A program made the position numbers and the translations under genes. Under the pieces are notes generated by a model that did not search any database, was not told where the DNA came from, and worked only from the letters and a program-made list of their open reading frames with translations. A stretch of 64,000 bases of DNA, taken from the NCBI GenBank assembly GCA_964484935.1, contig CAZAFW010000004.1:1911-65910 (forward strand). Direction: 5' to 3'. The stretch is from an uncultured Peptostreptococcaceae bacterium (lineage in GTDB: Bacteria; Bacillota; Clostridia; Peptostreptococcales; BM714). Shown here piece after piece: positions 50,437 to 58,357 of the stretch; the first letter of the stretch is position 1; every line of letters begins with the position of its first letter.

Positions 50437-51006
50437 TTAGCAATTCAAAATGCCCGTCTTTTTCATCAGCCGCATAATGTGCGAAGAAGTTGCCGCTACA
50501 ACCGCAAGCTTTATAATGTCCGGAATTATGAACGGAGTCAGGCCCGCCGCCAAAACTCCCGCAATTCCTATGTCCTTGCCGAGCACAAATTTCACAATCA
50601 AGTAGAGATAAGGCAAGCCCGCCAAATAAATCAAACACGTTCCAATAAAAAGGATTCCGCAAGCCTTGACACTTGTAAGAACTTTGACTTTTTCTCCAAG
50701 CCTTCCTATAACATATGCCGCAAGCATGAATCCAAGCAAATATCCGAACGAAGGACTCAAAATGTATCCAGGGCCGCTCGCTCCATTGGCAAATACAGGA
50801 GCCCCCATGAGGCCCAGCATTATGTATACAATCTGCGAAGCAAGAGCTCTTCTGCCGCCTAGAAGCAAACCCGAATACATTACAAAAAAAGTCTGCAGTG
50901 TAAATGCCACAGGCTGCATTGGTATTCTGATGAAAGTTCCAACAGCCGTAAGAGCGGCAAACAACGAAACAAGAATCATATCCTTTGTGCTCCATTTCAT
51001 AAACAA
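50437..51006 (-). CDS. bioY: Biotin transporter S-component
   Basis: 189 aa with 6 TM segments. TLQTFFVMYSGLLLG and SFGYLLGF are typical of BioY. Confidence 0.88.
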   Translation of the reverse strand: MFMKWSTKDMILVSLFAALTAVGTFIRIPMQPVAFTLQTFFVMYSGLLLGGRRALASQIVYIMLGLMGAPVFANGASGPGYILSPSFGYLLGFMLAAYVIGRLGEKVKVLTSVKACGILFIGTCLIYLAGLPYLYLIVKFVLGKDIGIAGVLAAGLTPFIIPDIIKLAVVAATSSHIMRLMKKTGILNC

Positions 51007-51109
51007 ACCCTCTTTTCATTTGATAAAACCATAATAAATTAAAAGAGGGCCTATTGTCAACCATTTTTATGTTTTTGTTGACAATTATATTTTTACATTA
51101 TTTTTCGTT

Positions 51110-52111
51110 TCAAAATTCTTTGCCGCCTTCTCCTCTTTTTCCCGAAAGATTGAACGCCGTTTTTTTCAACAAAGCTTCATTGAAAGGACACTCCGCCATA
51201 CAGATGCTGCAATCGGTACCCATTCTGCTCCAAACCATGTAGCACCTCTCCGGGATTATGGCAGGCCATTCCATCTTTCCGTCCACCAATACCCTGCCGC
51301 CTTCCGGTATGGCTTTCGAAGGGCATTTTTCCACGCAACGCATGCATTTCATACAAAATTTCTCAACGTCCATATCGTCTTTTTCGTCAGTAAGCAATTG
51401 CAAATTTGTCGTTACTGCGCCCAGCCTGATTCTTGGGCCGAATTTTCTGGTCAGCACGAGTCCGGACTTTCCTATTTGACCCAAACCCGCATCAACCGCC
51501 ATCTTTTGCACCATTGCAAGATAGTTTCCGTCCATATGGGTCCTTGCCTCATAACCAAAACTTCTAATATAATAAGAAATCCACAAACCTATCATTGCAA
51601 CGTTTACATAACTCTTTACACCTTCTATGCCTGATTCGACTCTCGGTGCTGTATTTATCATATCCTCGTCCATTTCAACGGCAAAGACAATGGCATGTGT
51701 TGCATTTTCGTCGACAACTTGCCCCCATGCGTCCTGGGGACGGCCCCGGTAGGTATAAAGATGTTCCGGCTTGACCTCGGTAATCCCAACCATGTCCGCG
51801 CCGAAATAAAAAATCGCTTTTTTAATCTCTTCGGTCATCTTTTCCTTGTCCACTTTCATGGGCGCCGCATCGGGTTTTTTTTCAGCCAAATGCTTTATGT
51901 CGGACAAAAATTCGAAGCCCGCATTGCCGATTGGGCTTTTCATCTCGTCGAACTCCACGGTTCCCGGTTCCCCGTAACCCGGTCTGGACCTGAGCATGTC
52001 GTCAATACCTTTTTTTTCAGGATGCTTTCTGTAATATTCCTCGTAAATCTTCGAGCCCTTTTCATATCCCAATCTTGCAAACATGATGTCCCTTTCATCT
52101 ACATGTTTCAC
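51110..52111 (-). CDS. Reductive-dehalogenase-like / QueG-like Fe-S protein with no signal peptide
   Basis: 333 aa. The C-terminus has two ferredoxin-type motifs, CMKCMRCVEKCP and CSICMAECPFN. There is no twin-arginine or other signal sequence. Confidence 0.6.
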   Translation of the reverse strand: MKHVDERDIMFARLGYEKGSKIYEEYYRKHPEKKGIDDMLRSRPGYGEPGTVEFDEMKSPIGNAGFEFLSDIKHLAEKKPDAAPMKVDKEKMTEEIKKAIFYFGADMVGITEVKPEHLYTYRGRPQDAWGQVVDENATHAIVFAVEMDEDMINTAPRVESGIEGVKSYVNVAMIGLWISYYIRSFGYEARTHMDGNYLAMVQKMAVDAGLGQIGKSGLVLTRKFGPRIRLGAVTTNLQLLTDEKDDMDVEKFCMKCMRCVEKCPSKAIPEGGRVLVDGKMEWPAIIPERCYMVWSRMGTDCSICMAECPFNEALLKKTAFNLSGKRGEGGKEF

Positions 52112-52184
52112 GAGAAAACCCCTTTCATGCCTTAATACTTAAATTATACAGCATTTTCTCTTCGATTGGGCATATAAAATCACT

Positions 52185-52388
52185 CTAACTTATTTTCACC
52201 GCTCCCATTGGACACACCTTCAGGCAAATTCCACAACCCGTGCATATTTCATGGTCCACAGTCGGTACTTCAGCTTTAAAAAACCCTGTCTTCTTTTGAG
52301 CGACAGCATTCACCGGGCAAACCCTTTTCACCGGACAAAAAGGTGACTGATCACATTTCTTTGAATTTATAACTGCTTTTTTCGACAT
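52185..52388 (-). CDS. Small 4Fe-4S ferredoxin-domain protein
   Basis: 67 aa with CDQSPFCPVKRVCP and CTGCGICLKVCP. Confidence 0.8.
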   Translation of the reverse strand: MSKKAVINSKKCDQSPFCPVKRVCPVNAVAQKKTGFFKAEVPTVDHEICTGCGICLKVCPMGAVKIS

Positions 52389-52504
52389 CTTATCCCTCCA
52401 TATTCTATATATCTAAAATCCTAAAAATATAACCTAGTTGGGTATATTTTAACATGCATTCCAATGCTGCGAAAGTCCGTACATCCTGGTTGATATATGC
52501 TTGT

Positions 52505-52714
52505 CTATTCCATTGAAATCACTTCATACCCTGCATCTTCAATGGCAAAACGAAATTCCGAATCCCCAACTTCCCTCGATATTCTAAGCCTTGCGCTTCC
52601 TTCTTCAATATCCACTATGACATTTTCAACGCCTTCGATTTCATTTAAAGCATGCTCCACTCTCTTTTGGCAATGCTGGCATGACATTCCTTTAATCATT
52701 ATTATCTTGTTCAT
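52505..52714 (-). CDS. copZ: Copper chaperone (heavy-metal-associated domain)
   Basis: 69 aa with a GMSCQHC metal site in a beta-alpha-beta-beta-alpha-beta sized domain. A GGAGG RBS lies upstream. Confidence 0.9.
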   Translation of the reverse strand: MNKIIMIKGMSCQHCQKRVEHALNEIEGVENVIVDIEEGSARLRISREVGDSEFRFAIEDAGYEVISME

Positions 52715-52736
52715 TTTTTCCTCCTATCAATAGATT

Positions 52737-52761
52737 TCAGTTTTCAGTTATCAGTTGTCAG
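52737..52761. repeat. Short heptamer array TCAGTT(T/A/G) x3 plus TCAG, ending in an A8 run, 23 nt upstream of the copZ start
   Basis: Read directly: tcagttt tcagtta tcagttg tcag aaaaaaaa. The CAGNNNN register is the same as in the 35481 array, and both arrays end in TCAGAAAAA. Confidence 0.85.
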
Positions 52762-53050
52762 AAAAAAAACAAGAACAACTGCAAAAGCAAATACATATTT
52801 AATTCTTTTGCCCGAAACAAATACCGTTTATAACCCCACTCAGAATGCGACTCATCCCAAACTTCTATACACTTCATTCTTCTTTATATGAATTATCGGC
52901 TCAAGACCTGCTTGATCACTACGCCCTTCTGCCGCTTTCGCGTGCCCTGTGGGTATCATAACGCTTTGTCTTTTTTCAAAATCTACAAATTTCTTTTGGG
53001 ATTTTTGCAGTCAAGGCTAAAAAAATCTCTCTTTCCAAACATCCCATCAG

Positions 53051-53239
53051 AGCGATGAGAATGTTGCGGATTCAAGGCGACAATAAAACCCATGAGTGGA
53101 GCGTATTCTTAATCCATAGACTGGCGAGAATGCCTTAGTCCAAGGCGTTGATACAACTCTGCGAGTTGAGCGTATTTATAATACGTGATTGAGCGAGTTG
53201 TAGATTACAACGAAGAAATCAGGAATTCTCGCTAGTCTG
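53051..53239. repeat. Degenerate tandem repeat of about 69 bp (2 copies plus a partial third) in the copA-copZ spacer
   Basis: GAGAATG occurs at 53057 and 53126. CAAGGCG occurs at 53073 and 53141. GAGTGGAGCGTATT at 53094 matches GAGTTGAGCGTATT at 53163. A third copy starts with GAGCGAGTTG at 53191. AGACTGGCGAGAAT (53118..53131) is the inverted complement, at 13 of 14 positions, of ATTCTCGCTAGTCT (53225..53238). Confidence 0.75.
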
Positions 53240-53240
53240 A

Positions 53241-55700
53241 TTATGGGGTAAACTTTCGAAGGCGCAAAGCATTGCCCACAACCGAAACACTGCTCATGGA
53301 CATAGCGGCAGCAGCTATCATCGGACTGAGAAGCGGTCCCCCGAACAGATGGAGAAGTCCCGCGGCTATCGGTATTCCAGCCGTATTGTAGGCAAAGGCC
53401 CAAAAAAGATTCTGCTTTATGTTCCTGATTGTGCTCTTGCTGAGTTTAACGGCTGTTGCAACATCTCCAATTCCACTGTGCATAAGCACTATGTCAGCCG
53501 ACTCCATTGCAACATCGGTTCCGCTTCCAACCGCTATCCCTATGTCGGCCTGGGCCAGCGCAGGCGCGTCATTGATTCCGTCTCCAACCATTGCGACTGT
53601 CTTTCCTTCTCCCTGGAGCTTTTTGACCTCCGCGGCCTTTTCCCCTGGCAAGACTTCGGCTAGTACAGATTTTATTCCGACCTTTTCCGCTATTGCCACG
53701 GCAGTTTGCCTGTTGTCGCCTGTGATCATATACACTTCTATGCCCAAATCAAGAAGCCTCGCTACAGCTTTGGCGCTGTCTTCCTTTATTACATCCGCTA
53801 TTCCGAATACGGCATTGACCGAACCGTCAATGGCGCATATTACAGGAGTCTTCCCTTCCAGCGAAAACTCTTCAAGAATCTTTTCCACTTCACCACTTGG
53901 ACTTAGGTCCCTTTCATCGAAGAGTTTCCTGTTCCCTATCAAAACTGTCTTGCCTTCCGTTTCCGCCTCTACGCCTTTTCCAGTGAAGGATTGGAAAGCC
54001 TCGGGTCTTCTTAGCTCCAAGCCCCGTTCTTCAGCTTTTTTCACTATTGCTTCTCCGAGAGGGTGCTCGGACACTTTTTCCGCAGATGCTGAAATCCTTA
54101 GGATATCATCTTCGTCCATTCCATTGAAAATAGCTATGTCGGTCACTTCCGGCTCGCCTTTTGTTATTGTTCCGGTTTTATCAAATACTATGGCATTAAC
54201 CTTGTGGGCGGTTTCGAGCGCTCCGCCGCTTTTTATCAAAACACCATATTCCGCCCCCTTTCCCGTCCCGACCATTATAGCTGTCGGTGTAGCCAGTCCG
54301 AGAGCGCAGGGGCAGGCTATGACCAGTACGGAAATGAAGATGGTCAAAGAGAACACTGCCCCTTCTCCGGCAACATACCATGCCAACCCCGCCAAAAGGG
54401 CGACAGCCATGACAAATGGCACGAAATATCCAGAGATAACATCGGCAAGTCTCGCTATAGGCGCTTTGCTGCCCTGAGCTTCCTCAACAAGCTTTATTAT
54501 TTGGGACAGGACAGTGTCCTTGCCGACTTTCTCTGCAGAAAATACCAAGCTGCCGTTCTTGTTTATGCTTGCGCCGACCACATCGTCTCCAATATTTTTT
54601 TCAACCGGGATGCTTTCACCTGTCAGCATGGATTCGTCTACTGATGAATGCCCCTTTACTACCTTTCCATCAACTGGTATTCTTTCACCCGGTTTCACCA
54701 CTATAAGGTCACCGCATTCAACTTCGCTTATCGGTATTTCTATCTCCGTATCACCATCAAGAACGGTTGCCTGCTTGGGTTGAAGACCAGCCAGTCTTTT
54801 TATCGCTTCCGACGCCTTGCCCTTTGAACGCGTTTCCAAAAATTTCCCGAAAAGAATCAGTGTTATTATTGTCGCGGCTGTTTCAAAATACAGCTTCGAT
54901 GCGTATGATGGATCTCCCATCGATATACGCGCAAGCGCATATATTCCGTACAAAAACGCTGCGCTTGTTCCAACCGCTATAAGTGAATCCATGTTTGGGC
55001 TTCCCTTAAACAATGTTTTGAATCCGACAATATAAAATTTGTACCCCGCAGCCATAACCGGAATTACCAGCAAGAGTTGCACAAGTGCAAAATTCATAGG
55101 ATTGACCATGGGATCAAGCACCATTGGAAGGGGCAAACCGACCATATGGCCCATTGCGATGTAAAGGAGCGGCGCAGAAAAAATAGCGGCAAGCCAAAGT
55201 TTTGATTTCATCATTTTGATTTCTTTGGCCTTTCTGTCCGCATCGGCGTCATGATTCATAGATTCCGTTTCCACCTCAAGCGGAATATAGCCGGCCTTCC
55301 TGATTGCCGCCTTTATTTCAGAAAGCCTGACTTTGTTGGCGTCATAGGATACCGTCAACTTCTCTAGTGCAAGACTTACATCTGCGGAGTCTATACCCGA
55401 AAGCTTGTTGACCGCCCGGTCAACTGCAGCTACGCAGGATGCTCATGTCATTCCTTCAACCGGAATAACGGCTTTCCTTGTCTCTTTGTCCTCGAAAGCA
55501 CTGTAGCCTGCTTTTTCCACCGCTTCGTATATCTCTTCATTCCCCATAAGATTTTCATCGTATTCTACAGTCAACTTTTCCGTCGCGAGATTCACTTCCG
55601 ACTTAGCGACGCCTTCAAGCTTGCCTGTCGCCCTTTCAACTGCCGCCGAGCAAGCCGAGCATGTCATTCCCTCTATCCTGAATTTTTTTTTCATTTCCAC
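53241..55700 (-). CDS. copA: Copper-translocating P1B-type ATPase with two N-terminal HMA domains. The reading frame is continuous except for one in-frame TGA (55445..55443) at the first Cys position of the second CxxC site.
   Basis: The track ORFs 55443..55700 and 53241..55358 are in the same frame (55445-55358=87), with no other stop between them. The junction translates as ...[45 protein letters not shown]. The downstream part has TGES, CPC, DKTGTIT, SEHPL and GDGINDAP. Confidence 0.9.
55402..55431 (-). promoter_or_regulatory. Candidate bacterial SECIS-like hairpin downstream of the copA in-frame UGA
   Basis: The mRNA reads UGA-(11 nt)-AGCU-gca-GUUGACC-GGGC-GGUCAAC-a-AGCU. The upper stem is 7 perfect bp, the apical loop GGGC sits 26-29 nt after the UGA, and the lower stem is 4 bp. 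Confidence 0.45.
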
Positions 55701-55822
55701 ACCTCACTTTAACATTTATTGTTATTTACCCCCTGCGATTGTCAATATTCAAATTTGTCAACTCTACTGCATAAAAAGGTTCATTATGAAAAATCTCAGC
55801 AAATACATTCTTGCCGAGATAA

Positions 55823-56689
55823 TCACTTCCCTATGTTGTTTTGTCTAGCGTAGTGGAAAAGGTACTGCTGAGCAAAACCCTTTAGTTCTCCGAAATAATC
55901 TTCTGCAAAAGCGCTTATTTCTTCGGGGCTGCTTTTTTTGTGGAGATAAAAATATTCCATGGTCCTTCTCACCCATACGTCTATAGGAAAGGTATCCATT
56001 TTTTTCATCGAAAAAAGGAGTATGCAATCTGAAACCTTGGGTCCTATCCCGCTCAAACAGACAAGCTCTTTCTTCGCGTCAGTCGTATCCATTTGGCATA
56101 CCAAATCAAGCCATTCGGATTTTTTCGAAACGGCCCTTGCCGCCCTCAGAATGTACTCGTCCCGGTATCCGGCTCCGCATGCCCTTATGTCGGAAGCGCT
56201 TAGAGACGCAAGTCTCCCTGCCTCAGGAAAGGAGTACCGCCTCTTTCCTCCATACTCTCCGAGCTCGGCTCCGTAGTTTTCGCTGAGCTTTTCTACTATT
56301 CCCTTTATCCTAGCCATTCCATTGTTTGCAGATATTATAAATGAAATCAGAGTTTCCCAGGGGTCTTGGTTAAGTATCCTCATTCCATGGCCGAATGATA
56401 CGGCGTTTTCCATTGTTTCATCAAGCTCGGAAAGTTTTTTTTCAATCTCCGAGTATTTTCTGTTCAAATCGAAGTAATTCGACCAGATATTTTCAAAATC
56501 CCCTTCTTCAATATTGTCAAAAACGATTTCATCACCGTCCTTTAGTACATTCAGCACTTTCCCGTGAGCCACACCTGTGTAGCTTCCGTCGGCCTCCCTG
56601 TTCCACCTGAAGCATTGTCCGCACTCGAATATGTGTCTGGGTTCGAAATCCGGTATTGTCATTTTCAATTTATTTTTGTCAGACTTCAT
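55823..56689 (-). CDS. ogg: 8-oxoguanine DNA glycosylase / HhH-GPD family DNA glycosylase-lyase
   Basis: It has an Ogg-like N-terminal block (IFECGQCFRW) and an HhH-GPD region (LSGIGPKVSDCILLF...D). I place the start at the ATG at 56689. Confidence 0.8.
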   Translation of the reverse strand: MKSDKNKLKMTIPDFEPRHIFECGQCFRWNREADGSYTGVAHGKVLNVLKDGDEIVFDNIEEGDFENIWSNYFDLNRKYSEIEKKLSELDETMENAVSFGHGMRILNQDPWETLISFIISANNGMARIKGIVEKLSENYGAELGEYGGKRRYSFPEAGRLASLSASDIRACGAGYRDEYILRAARAVSKKSEWLDLVCQMDTTDAKKELVCLSGIGPKVSDCILLFSMKKMDTFPIDVWVRRTMEYFYLHKKSSPEEISAFAEDYFGELKGFAQQYLFHYARQNNIGK

Positions 56690-56739
56690 GCATTCAAATC
56701 CTTTCTTAAACTTTTTCCCAACGGGAATCAAAAGATTCC

Positions 56740-56925
56740 TCAGCCTCCCGATGAAGCGTTGCATGCTCCCTTTGATGTGTTCTTTGACATGAATCCCGAA
56801 ACAAGTTTTACTGAATCAGTTTTGCCGCAATATGGACAGGTTTTATTGCCGTCCTTGTCGGAAATGGATGAGAGCTTGTCGAAAGTCTGACCGCAAGCTT
56901 TGCATCTGTATTCGTAGACAGGCAT
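56740..56925 (-). CDS. FmdB-family zinc-ribbon protein
   Basis: MPVYEYRCKACGQTFD...CPYCG is the CxxC...CxxC ribbon signature. The ATG at 56925 follows AAGGAG. Confidence 0.8.
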   Translation of the reverse strand: MPVYEYRCKACGQTFDKLSSISDKDGNKTCPYCGKTDSVKLVSGFMSKNTSKGACNASSGG

Positions 56926-57049
56926 TTTTAACAACTCCTTTCATTATTTTATTTTATACCCCCTTGGCGTATATTTCAAGCATACTTATTGTCACAATCA
57001 AAAGCCGACCACTTTTTAAATGGCCGGCTCTGTATTCAAATTATTTTTT

Positions 57050-58234
57050 TTAAGCGTCTTTAAGCAGCTTCAAGCTGAACGCTACAAGAAGAAATGCAGG
57101 CAACAGCAATATCTGCGTGGCTGCAGCCAATCCATAGAAATCCGAAATTCTTCCAATCAAAAGAAGTCCCATTGCGCCTATGCCTCCAGCAAAACCCATG
57201 ACCCAGCCATAACTCGTGCTTGTATTGTCCGGCATTATGTCATGTGAAATGATTACAATCGGTGTATTGCTTGCGCTCAGCATTGTTCCAACGAACACAA
57301 AGGATGCGGCAGCCAAAAGACCTTCCCCAAATACAATCCCCAACATCATTATGAACGCAAGGGCGTTGAATGTCATCAGGCTTGCCCTGCTTCCATAGAG
57401 GTCGTTCATGACCCCTCCAAGCATTGTTCCCACAGGAACCATGAAAAGGTTTAGGGAAAGAAGCAGTCCCGCCATCTTCAAATCCAGTCCCTTCATTATC
57501 AAAATCTGTATCCCAAATGCCGTGAGACCCCTTCTTATAAAATTTTTATTCACGGACACGAGGCAAAGCACAAACAAATTCTTGATGCCGGACAATATTG
57601 TTACTTTGACCTTTTGAGTTTTCTTGGATAATTCGGGTTTCAATTCAACTTCCCCAACCCCCGACCAATACATCAGTCCTGCGACAATCATCCCGGGTAT
57701 AACCAACAGCGCCAGGCTTTTAAGCCCGAAACCGTGCACAAGAGGCAGCGCCACAGCAGGCGCCACAGCTGCCGAAAGTCCTCCAACGGTCATGAATACG
57801 GAAAGTATCTTCCCTTTCGATTCCCTCCCAAGCTTTACAACTGTCGATGTCCCCAATGGATGGAAAAGAGCCGATGCAAGCGCTCCAAGAGCAACAACCC
57901 CAAGCAGTATATAGTAGTTGCTTACCAATCCTGCGAAACTCATCCAAAAGGAAATCCATATTACCGACCATATGAGCAAGTATGATTTGCCGTGCCTGTC
58001 AACAAAACTGCCGACAAATGGCTGCGCAAAAGACCCGAAACTTGTTATTACAAAAGCCAGCATTCCCTGCTGAGTCATGCTAAGACCCAAATTCTGGGCA
58101 AAAATAAATGAAATCGGGGGAATTAGTCCGACATAAAAATCATTCATGAAGTGTCCGGCTGATATTGACGCCAACTTTTCAAATCTTTTTTTATACGGTT
58201 CTAAAACTTTTTTCTCGCTTAATGCAATATTCAT
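57050..58234 (-). CDS. MFS transporter
   Basis: 394 aa with 12 TM segments and an MFS loop motif (FVDRHGK). Confidence 0.8.
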   Translation of the reverse strand: MNIALSEKKVLEPYKKRFEKLASISAGHFMNDFYVGLIPPISFIFAQNLGLSMTQQGMLAFVITSFGSFAQPFVGSFVDRHGKSYLLIWSVIWISFWMSFAGLVSNYYILLGVVALGALASALFHPLGTSTVVKLGRESKGKILSVFMTVGGLSAAVAPAVALPLVHGFGLKSLALLVIPGMIVAGLMYWSGVGEVELKPELSKKTQKVKVTILSGIKNLFVLCLVSVNKNFIRRGLTAFGIQILIMKGLDLKMAGLLLSLNLFMVPVGTMLGGVMNDLYGSRASLMTFNALAFIMMLGIVFGEGLLAAASFVFVGTMLSASNTPIVIISHDIMPDNTSTSYGWVMGFAGGIGAMGLLLIGRISDFYGLAAATQILLLPAFLLVAFSLKLLKDA

Positions 58235-58357
58235 GTACCCTTCCTTTCAAAAATCCTCTGTGCATATTCTACCACAAAACGCTTTCAATTTAGGGATTCT
58301 TTATAAAACAACATAATCTGCTGATATAATGGAAGAAAAATGATGGGAGTGATTTAT

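Noticed and set aside
53419-54477. A long 352-aa ORF on the plus strand, plus similar ones at 20566..21138, 25203..25856, 43783..44466, 11161..11703 and 9570..10025
   Set aside because: All lie antisense to well-supported genes (copA, glmU, the ClC gene, the hydrolase gene, mazG and the ppx-like gene). Their products are low-complexity and rich in Ser, Pro, Phe and Leu, and they lack RBSs. These are typical shadow ORFs.
55443-55445. TGA reassigned as a sense codon genome-wide (code 4 or 25-like) as an explanation for the copA interruption
   Set aside because: tilS (stop at 4851..4853), pmbA (6267..6269) and lspA (35945..35947) all terminate at TGA at the expected protein ends. TGA is therefore a normal stop in this genome.
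55701-55822. A CsoR or CopY operator upstream of copA
   Set aside because: I found only a half-site-like GGGGGTAAAT and no TACAnnTGTA CopY box or full pseudo-palindrome. No repressor gene is adjacent. The evidence is insufficient for a call.
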